A stretch of 64,000 nt of DNA from positions 6,684 to 70,683 of the forward strand of contig UQFQ01000002.1 in assembly GCA_900540395.1 (NCBI GenBank). The letters are read 5' to 3'. Position 1 is the first letter of the stretch. Each line of letters begins with the position of its first letter. This document shows positions 54,305 to 64,000 of the stretch, in pieces. Source of the DNA: an uncultured Mollicutes bacterium. GTDB taxonomy: Bacteria > Bacillota_I > Bacilli_A > RFN20 > CAG-826. The notes beneath the pieces are model-generated. The model saw only the letters and a list, made by a program, of their open reading frames with translations. It searched no databases and had not been told where the DNA came from. Made by a program: the position numbers and the translations under genes.

Positions 54305-57300
54305 ATGAAACGAAAAATAATTTTTGCTTTAAGCCTTGTAGCAATGCTAGGCTTTGGTAGCCTTACTACACTCACTTCTTGTGATTCTTCAACTGTAACA
54401 AGTGAAAAACATCAAGTCACAGTAACTGAAGGTGAAGGATTCACAGTTAGTGGTTTAAAAGAAGAAGGTTACTCTTATGGAGAAACAGTTACATTCAATA
54501 TTAATGTATCTGATTCAACAAAAACAGTCGATGAAGTTAAAGCTGGAGATACTAAGTTAACTCCAACAAGTGATAGCGGTTATGCTTTTAAAATTGGTAA
54601 TGAGGATGTAGCAATTACAGTTTCTTTAAAAACAAAAGGAACTGAAGTAGAAACAGCAACTGTAACTATAAAAGAAGGAATAAGTAATGGTTCAGTTACA
54701 CTTTCGCGCATTGGTGAAGTCAAAGTTGGTGAAACTATTGAAATCATCGCTATTCCTAATGATGGATATGAAGTTGATAAGTATTATTTAGATAATACAG
54801 AATTAACTTCAAATACATTTGTTGTTACTAGTGGGACGCATGAAGTTAATGTTACCTTTAAAGTTTTAGATCCTAGTATTATTTATGGTAGCGTTGTTGT
54901 CCAAGAAGAAAGTGTTACAAATGGAACAATAGTTGCTAAGCTTGAAGATGGAACTATCTTAAAAGAAGAAAATAGAAGACAACCTGTAGGTACAAAAATT
55001 CTTCTTGAAGTTAGTCCTCAGGATGAATGCTATAAAGTTAATGAAGTAAAACTTAATGATACAGTATTATCGCCTGAAGGTGATGCTTATTCGTTTACTG
55101 TTCAAGAAGGCAAGAATTACATTAGCGGTAGTTTTACTTTAACTAATCCAGGTCAAGGCTTAATTCGACTTAGTGCAGATCCTGAGCATGCAACATTTGA
55201 AATAGATAAATTAGATGAGTATGTAGCGGTCGGTGAAAAAATTACAATAAAAGTTACACCTGATGCTAACTTTACTGTTAAGTCGGTCCTATTAAATGAT
55301 CAACCAATAATTGAATCAAGCGAAGAGAACGTTTTTACTTTTGAAGTTATAGAAGGTCTTAACAGAATTACAATTGAAGTTGCTTCATCTGCAGAAGGTA
55401 TTGAATTTATTATTCCAGATGATTGGGTCAAAACAAATAGTACTTATCGTGAATCTTATTACATTGTTGTCGGTCAAGAATATCAAATTCAAACAAGGTT
55501 TACTCCTGAAGGAAGCTATGACGATTTGATTTATGAAGTCACAATTGGAGATGATGCTTATATTGAGGTAACTCAAGAAGGTGTTGTTAAAGGTAAAGAG
55601 ATTTATGGAAGTGATGTAGGTATTAAAGTATCTTTAAAGAGTAATCCTGATACTTATGAAATTATCTATTTTAGAGTTGTAAGTAAAAATGAACTTTCGA
55701 TTGAAACACTTAAAAATAGTCTTAAAGCATCGATTGAAAGTGAAAAGAAGAACACTAATAAAACTCAACTTGTAGTAGAAACTAAAGCTATGGAAGAAAC
55801 TAGTTCTAGTAAAACAACATATGATTTTGAAGTCTATAACGATAATCATTCTGTTACTACAGTAACTACTGAAAAAGGCGATACTTCTCGTTATTATCGT
55901 ACGATTTTTGAAGATACATTCTACTCTTTATATCGTAATGGAAGTGAAACAAAAGTTCCTGATAATGGCGACACAACAAAAATAACCAGTGATAACCGTG
56001 AAGAATATGAAACAATGGTTAATACTTTTGGTGGCATCGAATTTTCATTAACTGAAGGTCAATATAGTGGTGTAACTGATTTCTTATATCAAAAAGTATT
56101 TGGTGATGGTAGTGTCTATGATGAAGATGATGATTATGACCCATTTGCATCCTCAACAATAGTAACAAGTACATTTGGTAATGAATGGGACATCGTCACA
56201 AAGATTAAAGGTACTGATTGGTTAGGCGATCCATATTCTTTTGATATTCATCTTTACTTTAAGTTTAACTTTTATGGCGACTTACAAAGTGCAACTTATG
56301 AAAGAAAAGATTATAAAGGTTTAACTGAAGAAAATATTGAAGTTACTAGCGAAACTCCATACGATTTTGAAAAGTATGAAATTTCATTAACCTATGGTGA
56401 AAAAGGTAGTGATCAAAATAATTATTTTGATATCAATGATTACTTCTTTACTGATTTTAAACCTGAAGTTTATCTTTCTAGAGATTTTACTGAAGAAAGC
56501 AAAGTTCAAGCTGATAATGAAGGTAAATACAATGTTAGTGTTGATGATACAGTTTATATAAGCATAAACGATGCTATGCCAAAAGAAGCAATGCAAGATA
56601 TCGATAAGATTGAGACAAGCTCTGAAGGCGATACTATAGGAGCAATTTCAACCACTTCTAGTGGTGGCTTCTATTTTGATGTAATTGGTGAAGGAGAAAC
56701 AACTATTACTTTAAAGAGTAAGAATGTTACAAAAGAAATCACCATTAAATCAACTTATAAGCCTGTAGAATCCGTCTCTTTTGATGAAAGTTTAGCTGAC
56801 ACAATGCTTGTTGGAAATTCTCTTTTGTTGAGCGCTAGCGTTACTCCTTCGGAAGGAATTCGTAATGATGAAGTAAAATTCGAAGTTATCGAAGATACTA
56901 CTGGTGGAGCTTATATAGACGAGAGACCAGGCAGATATGGTTATGGTACTGACTACTATTTAATTTCTGGCCCTAATGCTGGTACAGTAAAGGTGAAAGC
57001 AATTTCACTAGACAATGAAAACATTTCCGCTGAAAAAACTATAGAGGTAAAAGAAGTACCAAGTGTTCTATCTAATATTGCAGGAAAAACTTACTCAACA
57101 AGTTGGTCAGATTATGGTTATGATACAACATCATATGATTTCAAAATTAGTTTTGGTGGCGATATTAATAATATGACGGCGGAAGTTTCTTTTACTATAA
57201 CGACAGAACCTTATTGGGGTGACACTACTGTTACAAACGGAACTTTTACAGCTGATGTTAAACAAAATTTATCATTCATAGTTTTATCAAATCTACAGAA

Positions 57301-57751
57301 GACAAGTGGCAACATGGAAGCTACTGAAGTTCCAACAAACTTAACTATTAATTTAAATGATAATTTTGAGTTTGATAAATTATCAATAAATGATGATGGT
57401 GATGTACATGATCTTATAGAATTTGTTGATATTACCGATTTAATTAATGGAAATATTTACGAGCTTTCATGGTCTGACTATTATAGTGATTATAGCATGA
57501 AGATGACTTTTGATAATTCGTCAGGTTCTATGAAAGTCTCAATTGATTATACAGTAAGTGGATATTCAACCCAGACAGGTAAATTTACAGCCGATGTTAC
57601 AATCGGAGCAAGCTCTATTACTCTTAGTAACTTAACTCAGGTTGAAGGCGATGAAATTTCAGAATATGATTATCCGCCAACTGAAATAGACTATAAGGTA
57701 AATAATGGAGAAGTCACTTTTACTTACGAAGGTGGCGGATGGTACGAATGA
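54305..57751 (+). CDS. Large surface lipoprotein with Ig-like (incl. Big_2-like) repeats
   Basis: GAGGAAGG lies upstream of ATG 54305. The lipobox is LTTLTSC. It has repeated ~90-aa modules and a Big_2-like segment (SVSFDESLADTMLVGNSLLLSASVTP). Confidence 0.7.
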   Translation: MKRKIIFALSLVAMLGFGSLTTLTSCDSSTVTSEKHQVTVTEGEGFTVSGLKEEGYSYGETVTFNINVSDSTKTVDEVKAGDTKLTPTSDSGYAFKIGNEDVAITVSLKTKGTEVETATVTIKEGISNGSVTLSRIGEVKVGETIEIIAIPNDGYEVDKYYLDNTELTSNTFVVTSGTHEVNVTFKVLDPSIIYGSVVVQEESVTNGTIVAKLEDGTILKEENRRQPVGTKILLEVSPQDECYKVNEVKLNDTVLSPEGDAYSFTVQEGKNYISGSFTLTNPGQGLIRLSADPEHATFEIDKLDEYVAVGEKITIKVTPDANFTVKSVLLNDQPIIESSEENVFTFEVIEGLNRITIEVASSAEGIEFIIPDDWVKTNSTYRESYYIVVGQEYQIQTRFTPEGSYDDLIYEVTIGDDAYIEVTQEGVVKGKEIYGSDVGIKVSLKSNPDTYEIIYFRVVSKNELSIETLKNSLKASIESEKKNTNKTQLVVETKAMEETSSSKTTYDFEVYNDNHSVTTVTTEKGDTSRYYRTIFEDTFYSLYRNGSETKVPDNGDTTKITSDNREEYETMVNTFGGIEFSLTEGQYSGVTDFLYQKVFGDGSVYDEDDDYDPFASSTIVTSTFGNEWDIVTKIKGTDWLGDPYSFDIHLYFKFNFYGDLQSATYERKDYKGLTEENIEVTSETPYDFEKYEISLTYGEKGSDQNNYFDINDYFFTDFKPEVYLSRDFTEESKVQADNEGKYNVSVDDTVYISINDAMPKEAMQDIDKIETSSEGDTIGAISTTSSGGFYFDVIGEGETTITLKSKNVTKEITIKSTYKPVESVSFDESLADTMLVGNSLLLSASVTPSEGIRNDEVKFEVIEDTTGGAYIDERPGRYGYGTDYYLISGPNAGTVKVKAISLDNENISAEKTIEVKEVPSVLSNIAGKTYSTSWSDYGYDTTSYDFKISFGGDINNMTAEVSFTITTEPYWGDTTVTNGTFTADVKQNLSFIVLSNLQKTSGNMEATEVPTNLTINLNDNFEFDKLSINDDGDVHDLIEFVDITDLINGNIYELSWSDYYSDYSMKMTFDNSSGSMKVSIDYTVSGYSTQTGKFTADVTIGASSITLSNLTQVEGDEISEYDYPPTEIDYKVNNGEVTFTYEGGGWYE

Positions 57752-57762
57752 GGTGATTCTAT

Positions 57763-58935
57763 ATGAAAAAACTTAAATTATTAGTCTTCCCAGCATTAAT
57801 GACACTTAGTACTTTTGGTGTTACTAGTTGTGGACAAGAAAGTGGTGAGCCACTTTTACCACCAGTAACTGATTTAGGTGAAGGAGAAAAACCTGAATTT
57901 GTTGAATTAAGTCCAATTGCTGCAGAAACCTCAACTCTTTATCCAGGTCAATCTATTAAATTAAGTGGACCAGAAAATGTTACGTGGTCTGTAAATAATG
58001 ATTTAGCAACAATAAGTGCAGATGGAACACTTAAAGCTGGAGATAAAGATGGCAGCTTTATTGTCAAAGCAACCAGCAAAAGTAATGATACAATCGCTGT
58101 TCAAAAACTATTTAAGATTTATACAATGTCTTCCAAGGATTTAGCAAACAAGCTTATAAGTTGGGCTGAAGGCTATAACTACACTATGGAATGGACTGGT
58201 AAATTTTTTAATAGTGATGGTAGTGAAGTTACTGCTCAACAAATTGTTAATGATTCAGATGGTATAGAAAATAGTGATGCATCCTATATTTATGAAGATA
58301 TGGCTATTAAAGGCAATCTTATTAAATATACTAATGATGCTTTCTATTGGAAGTATGGAGTTGACGGCAACAATCAAACATATGAAGGAGGATCGTATAA
58401 CTCGCCTTTATATGGTGGAAGTGTTTGGGACTACAACATTGTAGATGGTAAAGCCGTAAGAGGAAATCCAGATTATTTTGATAGTTATCTAGGTGTTGGC
58501 GATTATAAAAAGATTTATACTGCTGATTTAACTTACTTCGTAAGAGATGAATTTAAAGTTGAAGATTCAAATTTAACACTTAGTGAAGATAAGTCTGCTC
58601 TTTTATATGATGCTACTAAAGATATGAATGGTTTTAGAGATAAAGACTACTATAATTCAGATTATTCTTTGCCTATTACTTTATGGGGTATTGTTGACTC
58701 GGCTTATGCCTTACAATTCTTTGACTATAGTTGGGATTTAGACACTACTGGAAAAATAAGTTATTCCGATGAAGGGCTTAAAGGCGTCTTTATGTTCAAT
58801 GAGATTGCTATAGGAACAAGTAAAACTTATAACTATGAAATGACGGTTACAATCTCTGATATAGGTTCAACTATTATTGATGGAATTGATGAACTTATTG
58901 CAGCCGACAAAGAAGAAATGAGTCAAGCCGCATAG
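57763..58935 (+). CDS. Lipoprotein with an N-terminal Big_2-like domain
   Basis: The lipobox is FGVTSC, followed by LYPGQSIKLSGPENVTWSVNNDLATISADGTLKA. Confidence 0.65.
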   Translation: MKKLKLLVFPALMTLSTFGVTSCGQESGEPLLPPVTDLGEGEKPEFVELSPIAAETSTLYPGQSIKLSGPENVTWSVNNDLATISADGTLKAGDKDGSFIVKATSKSNDTIAVQKLFKIYTMSSKDLANKLISWAEGYNYTMEWTGKFFNSDGSEVTAQQIVNDSDGIENSDASYIYEDMAIKGNLIKYTNDAFYWKYGVDGNNQTYEGGSYNSPLYGGSVWDYNIVDGKAVRGNPDYFDSYLGVGDYKKIYTADLTYFVRDEFKVEDSNLTLSEDKSALLYDATKDMNGFRDKDYYNSDYSLPITLWGIVDSAYALQFFDYSWDLDTTGKISYSDEGLKGVFMFNEIAIGTSKTYNYEMTVTISDIGSTIIDGIDELIAADKEEMSQAA

Positions 58936-58958
58936 TTATTATTTACTAAAAACAATAA

Positions 58959-59006
58959 AACACTGAGGTTTTGCAAGGTTATTTGTATATTTCTCAGTGT
59001 TTTTTA
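58959..59006 (+). terminator. Rho-independent terminator
   Basis: AACACTGAG-25 nt-CTCAGTGTT is followed by TTTTATT. Confidence 0.7.
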
Positions 59007-59256
59007 TTACTCTATTATTATGCTTAAATAGCAAACTAACATTTCAAATGACTAAATTATTCTTTTGGAATGTTGATGCTCAAACAGATTTTTAACTATC
59101 ATTTTTGTTATTTCTCTATTTTGTAGAGTGGTTTTTCTTTTTATAGAGTGAAGTAGAAGAATAAATCTATTATGATTAAGGAGTAGGATTTAATTTTAAA
59201 GTATTTATCTAATGACAAAGCTATTAGTTAATTACTTTGCTGAAGGTAGTGTTAAT

Positions 59257-59814
59257 ATGAATTTTGGTGATAAGATTTTAGAAGCAAGAAAAAAGAAAGG
59301 TTTAACTCAAAAAGAACTTGGTGCTTTATTGCATGTTTCAGATAAAGTAATTTCTAAATGGGAGACTGGAAGAGGTTTACCAGATCTTGATATGTTTCGT
59401 GAAATTTCAAAAATTCTTGATATTGATGTTAGTGAGTTTTTTCAAAAAGTTGATCTTAAACCTAATACTTCTAAATTAGTATATGACACAGTAATTTTAA
59501 ATTACGTTAAATATATTTTAATAAATATGTTTGCTGTGATTTTAGGAATTATTATCTACAATTCTGGTTATAACATAGCAAATGGAAACACCTATTTTAA
59601 TGTTACTATTTTTCAAACATTTAAACTTATTAAAGATTTAATTTGTATTATTAGTGTTGTGGCTCAAATAGTCTTTTTAATTAACTTTATTATTGTTTCT
59701 AAAAGCCAAGTTAGTTTTTATCGTCGAAGAAATTTGATTATTTGTATTGTATTAACAACAATTTATGCAATCTTATTTTTCGTCACGATTGGCTTAGGTA
59801 ATTTCATTTTTTAA
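59257..59814 (+). CDS. XRE-family HTH protein with C-terminal TM helices
   Basis: MNFGDKILEARKKKGLTQKELGALLHVSDKVISKWETGR is an HTH_3. GAAGGT lies 9 nt before ATG 59257. Three hydrophobic helices follow. Confidence 0.7.
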   Translation: MNFGDKILEARKKKGLTQKELGALLHVSDKVISKWETGRGLPDLDMFREISKILDIDVSEFFQKVDLKPNTSKLVYDTVILNYVKYILINMFAVILGIIIYNSGYNIANGNTYFNVTIFQTFKLIKDLICIISVVAQIVFLINFIIVSKSQVSFYRRRNLIICIVLTTIYAILFFVTIGLGNFIF

Positions 59815-59819
59815 TCAAT

Positions 59820-61064
59820 ATGCAAAATAAGAAAACCTATAAATTTATCTTTTCTATTATTTCTTTAGCTTCATTATGTTCTTGTGAGGTTTATCGAAAT
59901 GAATATCCTGATACCTATTGGTTTACAATACGGGGTAATACTTTCGAACTATCTACTGGTCCTCGTACTGTGGATGATGTTAATGAAGAATTTAGGGTTT
60001 ATGGAAATGATTCTGCCGGAATTGATGGGCTTAATTTCGATAGAGCTTATAACAAACTTTATGCTGAATATCATGTTACTAGAGAAACAGACGAAAGTAG
60101 AATTTATGATTTTCTTTATGATTCAGATTTGTATGTATATGATTGTGAAAATTCTATATCATATGCATATAAGACTACTTCAGAAGAAATTAATATAAGA
60201 GCTTATGAAATTACGAATTTTCTCAACGAGACTTTTAAGAAAATTGAAAATAAAAAATACAATTATCTATCAAGACAACCATTTACTCTGCTAGGGGTTC
60301 ACTATTTCACTTATACTGACAAACCTTATTTTTTAGTGAATGCAAGTACTTATTTATGGAAGTATCGTTTAAACGACAATTCATCTTTTTATATTTTAGA
60401 GAGTGATACTGACTTCATTCCTGGATGTGAAGCAAGCAAATATAATAGTGATTATATTGTAAATTGGCGTAATTTTAACAATCAAATCACAATTGTTCCT
60501 CACACTCTTTTTAAAACTATTTATTACTGTAGCTCTGGAAGCGACTATTGTATGCCTTTTAATCAAAAAGAAGTAGAAAGTGGAAGAATAATTAGAGACG
60601 AAACATTTCCTTTAGTCGATGCTGAAGCTTCCATAATTACTAAAAATGATGAAATTACTTTGCCATTAGGCTATTCCTTTTTAAATGGATTTGATTTTGA
60701 GTACAATTATTCACTTAACAACAAAAGTTACGGTGCAGATCCAGTTTTTCCGTATTCAAAAACATACAATAAAGGAAATCCTAAATTGTTTTATTCAATA
60801 GATATATTTAATAGCGAGCCTACTTGGCTATATAGTTACGAATATCCGACCAAAATCTCCAATCACACTAAAAGCTATTATATTTTTTCCATGTTTAATG
60901 ACTCTGATTTTTTAGAAAGCGAAATGCTTTTTGAAATTCAGTATAATTTTGAAGTATCAACAGGAGTGCAATATCATTCGTCTGCTTATAACAATTATGC
61001 TTACTTTAGCAATAAACCAGAAAGAAATTATTCCAATAGTTCAAATGTCTATTCCATGAAATAG
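59820..61064 (+). CDS. Lipoprotein, unknown function
   Basis: It has the lipobox LASLCSC and is a 414-aa Y/N/F-rich mature protein. Confidence 0.55.
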   Translation: MQNKKTYKFIFSIISLASLCSCEVYRNEYPDTYWFTIRGNTFELSTGPRTVDDVNEEFRVYGNDSAGIDGLNFDRAYNKLYAEYHVTRETDESRIYDFLYDSDLYVYDCENSISYAYKTTSEEINIRAYEITNFLNETFKKIENKKYNYLSRQPFTLLGVHYFTYTDKPYFLVNASTYLWKYRLNDNSSFYILESDTDFIPGCEASKYNSDYIVNWRNFNNQITIVPHTLFKTIYYCSSGSDYCMPFNQKEVESGRIIRDETFPLVDAEASIITKNDEITLPLGYSFLNGFDFEYNYSLNNKSYGADPVFPYSKTYNKGNPKLFYSIDIFNSEPTWLYSYEYPTKISNHTKSYYIFSMFNDSDFLESEMLFEIQYNFEVSTGVQYHSSAYNNYAYFSNKPERNYSNSSNVYSMK

Positions 61065-61282
61065 AGATTTAATCTCTATATTAAAGAGTGCTTACTTCTT
61101 TTAACTTATTTATTATTAATACATGAAGTGGATTGATTTTATTTATTCATTTCTTAGGAGTGGAGCGCTTAACAAAATCTAGCGTTGAATATTGTAATTC
61201 CTATAATGACCATAAACTTTAAAGGTTATAAAGATTAAAATATTTAATGAATTCCGTTAGCGTAGAAAGGCATTGTCAAAAG

Positions 61283-62455
61283 ATGAAATATCAAATTAAA
61301 CATATTTTAGAAATAGCTTCTTTTGTGTTATTGGGCATATTCTTTATTATTTTTGCCTTTATTGGTACAGGTAATTTAGATTATATAGATTATGCAAAAA
61401 TTGTTTTATTTATATGTCTTGGAGTTTTTTCTTTAACAGTCGGAATAACGGATTTAGTTATAAATAGATATGATGAAGAAATTGATTTTAAAAATCATAT
61501 TTTGGGAATTTTTGCTTTAGCTGGAATAATTGAAGGAACTTATTTATTATTTGCTAACGTTTTTATTCTTTCTTTTGTAATCTATTTATTGACGCTTGTA
61601 ATATTGGCTTTAAACATTATCTATAAGCATTATAAATGCAAAAATAAAGTAAAAACAATTGATGATTATTTAATAATTGGAATAACTTTTGCAGGGTTAT
61701 TATTAGAAATTCTATATTTAATATTTAAGATTTTGCCTTCCGATTATAGTGGTGTCGAGTTTGTTTTAAGTATTTTAGCATTGGCTATTTTAAGTTCTTT
61801 TATTATTACTTATTTAATAAATTTTGTATTCTGCATAATTGTAAATTTTAAATTTGATCTTAAATCTTTAAAATTGTCTGGCTCAATTTTTACTCTTATA
61901 TTTTTAGGCGCTTTTCATATGGCCTTAAACTATGAATTGCTTTTTGGAGATGGAGTAACATTTAGTCCATCTATTGGATATATGTCTTGCTTTATAATAG
62001 GAGTTATATCTTTAATTCTAGGTTTAGTTTTATATTTCATTATTAGGAAAAACCTTAATAACAAAGATTTTGACGATTATGATATTACTTTAATCTTTTT
62101 AACTGCCATTCAATCATTTCAGTTTATTATTTGTTTGTTTTTCTATGGACCTCAACAAATTGAAATGTTTATTCCTTGGTCAATAGTTGTGATTATTCCA
62201 TTAATTACAATTTTTGTTAAATATACGTTTTCTAAAATACGCGATGTTTATGCTTGGTTTGAAATAATATCTGACGTCTGTATCATTATATTTGTTATTT
62301 TTGGCACTGTTTGGTGCGTAATTAATTATGCCTCATTTGATTGTCTTTCAATATATCTTACAGTGTTTATTATTCTATCGTTTTTTTCATCCATTTCGGT
62401 GTTAGCTTTTACTGTTCCAAATTTAATCGATAACTTTGAAGGCACTAGAGAATAA
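61283..62455 (+). CDS. Polytopic membrane protein, paralogue A (390 aa from ATG 61283)
   Basis: It aligns end to end with the next gene (MKYQIKHILEIASFVLLGIFFIIFAFIGT versus MKFKTEHISEVISFIALGILFIVYAFIGT). Confidence 0.6.
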   Translation: MKYQIKHILEIASFVLLGIFFIIFAFIGTGNLDYIDYAKIVLFICLGVFSLTVGITDLVINRYDEEIDFKNHILGIFALAGIIEGTYLLFANVFILSFVIYLLTLVILALNIIYKHYKCKNKVKTIDDYLIIGITFAGLLLEILYLIFKILPSDYSGVEFVLSILALAILSSFIITYLINFVFCIIVNFKFDLKSLKLSGSIFTLIFLGAFHMALNYELLFGDGVTFSPSIGYMSCFIIGVISLILGLVLYFIIRKNLNNKDFDDYDITLIFLTAIQSFQFIICLFFYGPQQIEMFIPWSIVVIIPLITIFVKYTFSKIRDVYAWFEIISDVCIIIFVIFGTVWCVINYASFDCLSIYLTVFIILSFFSSISVLAFTVPNLIDNFEGTRE

Positions 62456-62492
62456 AATATTAGTAAAACATTAATGAAGAAGGGATATAAGC

Positions 62493-63665
62493 ATGAAATT
62501 TAAAACAGAACATATAAGTGAAGTAATATCTTTTATCGCTTTAGGCATACTTTTTATTGTTTATGCTTTTATAGGAACATCAATTAATCAATATGGCGGA
62601 AGTGCAAAGATATATCTATTTATAACTTTAGGTCTAGCATCTCTTGCTATTAGTATTATTGATATAGTAATAAATTCTTATTCAAAAGATGTTGAACTTA
62701 AAAATTACTTCTTTGGTCTTTTATTGTTTGCCGGACTCCTTGAAGGAATGTTTTATCTTGTTAACAAAAATTATTTTTTACCTTTCGCATTATTTTTTAT
62801 ACCAATCATTCTTTTCACTATAAACCTAATCTATGATTATTATAAAAGAAGAGAGAGGATAACAACTTTAGATCAATATTTTACAATTGGCTTAACTTTT
62901 GCAGGCTTTTTGTTTGTAATTTTATATCTAATCACACGCATGTTTACTCAGCAATTTGAAGGTGCTGAATATGTTTTGAAATATTTGGTATTAATACTTG
63001 TTTGTATATTAACTATTTCATTTACTACAAATTTAATTACAAGAATTATTAATTCCGTTAAGTTTGATTTAAAGGTTTTAAAGTCTAACCTTATTATTTT
63101 TGGTTTAATCTTTTTAGGGTGCTTTTTTATGACTAATGGCTTTTCCGCAATGTTTTATCATCAAACCGATTTTGTCCCAACTCTTTTTCCAATTTGTACT
63201 ATGGTGCTTGGAGCTATTTCAATTCTTTTTGCTCCTATTTTGTTTGTGACTATTAGAAAGAACCAAAATAATAAAAAGTTTGACAATTTTTATGCAGCTT
63301 TAATCTTTTTATCGATTGTTGAAATTGGTGAATTTATTATTTTTTGCTTTGCCGGAAGAGTCAATTTTATAATTATACCTTGGATTTTAGTTGTCATAAC
63401 ACCTCTTATTACTTGCCTTGTTAAATACACCTTTTCTGATAATTTGACTTACGATAACACTTCATATTTTGAATTTGCTTCAGCTATAGCCGTAACTTTC
63501 TTTGTTGTTTCTGTTCCAATTTATCGAACAGTTTATTATTCAACAAGTGATAGTATTTATTTAGGTTATTTAATTGTTTTAATTATATCAACAATAATAT
63601 CAATATTATCTATTGTCTCTTTCATGGCAATAAATGTTTATGACTCAATTAAAGGCAATCGATAA
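62493..63665 (+). CDS. Polytopic membrane protein, paralogue B (390 aa)
   Basis: It is a tandem paralogue of 61283-62455. GAAGGG lies upstream. Confidence 0.6.
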   Translation: MKFKTEHISEVISFIALGILFIVYAFIGTSINQYGGSAKIYLFITLGLASLAISIIDIVINSYSKDVELKNYFFGLLLFAGLLEGMFYLVNKNYFLPFALFFIPIILFTINLIYDYYKRRERITTLDQYFTIGLTFAGFLFVILYLITRMFTQQFEGAEYVLKYLVLILVCILTISFTTNLITRIINSVKFDLKVLKSNLIIFGLIFLGCFFMTNGFSAMFYHQTDFVPTLFPICTMVLGAISILFAPILFVTIRKNQNNKKFDNFYAALIFLSIVEIGEFIIFCFAGRVNFIIIPWILVVITPLITCLVKYTFSDNLTYDNTSYFEFASAIAVTFFVVSVPIYRTVYYSTSDSIYLGYLIVLIISTIISILSIVSFMAINVYDSIKGNR

Positions 63666-63705
63666 CAAGTTTAAAAATTAAATAGAGAAAACAAAAAGAA
63701 AATAG

Positions 63706-63730
63706 AGTAGGGGTGCGCCCTACTTTTCTT
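63706..63730 (+). terminator. Rho-independent terminator
   Basis: AGTAGGG-gtgcg-CCCTACT is followed by TTTCTTT. Confidence 0.7.
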
Positions 63731-63818
63731 TAAGAAGAAATTATCATTTATTAAGAATTAGGCCTTAAAAATATACTTATTTATATCTAATTATTTAGAA
63801 TATCTTTGAGGATTTATT

Positions 63819-64000
63819 ATGAAAAGAAAAATATTTTTGCTTGCTGCAGCTTTATTATCATTATCAGTTACAGCTTGCGCCAATCAAACTCCTCCGATAG
63901 ATGATGATAATCAAAATCAAAATGATGGAGATAATAATGGCGATAATAATGGAGATGATACTGTGACTTATACTGATACTAAAATTGAAAATTTTGATTT
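63819..64000 (+). CDS. Lipoprotein, 5' part (runs off the right edge)
   Basis: GAGGA lies upstream. The ORF begins MKRKIFLLAAALLSLSVTACANQTPP.. (lipobox LSVTAC), followed by an Asp/Asn-rich linker. Confidence 0.6.
   Translation, partial: MKRKIFLLAAALLSLSVTACANQTPPIDDDNQNQNDGDNNGDNNGDDTVTYTDTKIENFD

Noticed and set aside
9633-58990. Dispersed (A/G)GTTTTGCA(A/G) motif seen at ~9639 (reverse complement), 15248, 34586, 45759, 50275-50345 and 58966 as a possible shared regulatory word
   Set aside because: A rough estimate for an 8-mer of this AT-rich composition on both strands of 64 kb is several chance hits. The contexts are heterogeneous: terminator loops, SD regions and repeats. Only the 33-bp tandem array is reported.
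355-60198. Short overlapping or antisense track ORFs: 355-588, 4758-4943, 10765-11031, 19972-20190, 21301-21585, 25410-25610, 32522-32725, 32974-33162, 35810-36016, 39753-39995, 41307-41492, 41456-41638, 41854-42096, 48534-48761, 48844-49110, 49873-50088, 53241-53447, 55385-55576, 55634-55849, 56387-56596, 59884-60198
   Set aside because: Each lies within or opposite a longer ORF with recognisable motifs. They have I/F/L/K/N-dominated composition typical of off-frame AT-rich DNA and lack SD sequences.

Overview
The window is very AT-rich and uses the standard genetic code: TGG encodes Trp, and TGA, TAA and TAG all terminate long ORFs. It looks like a low-GC Bacillota chromosome of the Erysipelotrichia or Mollicutes-related type. 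The conserved backbone is rpsD, ezrA, a class-V cysteine desulfurase, thiI, ferritin, tRNA-Gln(CUG), tRNA-Thr(CGU) and the nucleotide-sugar genes glf, rfbB and galE. Accessory material is interleaved with it.

- **1-8.4 kb:** a toxin-antitoxin and decay island. It holds a DinJ-like antitoxin with a Doc toxin carrying an in-frame stop, a Schlafen/AlbA_2-type regulator coupled to a mini-kinase, a three-gene HipB/HipS-like/HipT-like module, an AAA ATPase and gene fragments.
- **17.46-17.92 kb:** a regular 143-145 bp array of a 29-nt bulged palindrome.
- **19.4-26.2 kb (most interesting locus):** an operon with a SipW-type (ER/archaeal-type) signal peptidase and three proteins carrying TasA/camelysin-like SipW-cognate signal peptides. 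These are a frameshifted TasA-sized subunit plus 451-aa and 1163-aa cargo proteins. A processive GT2 / acyltransferase / membrane-NUDIX operon follows.
- **Other modules:** an HTH-DUF3990/DUF3791 pair, a candidate type-I-toxin-like small ORF, and an ECF sigma/anti-sigma/lipoprotein cluster behind a Fur-box-like site.
- **Tandem repeats:** several intergenic tandem repeats, plus in-frame tandem repeats within genes.

All calls come from reading the sequence and remembered family motifs. No searches were run.
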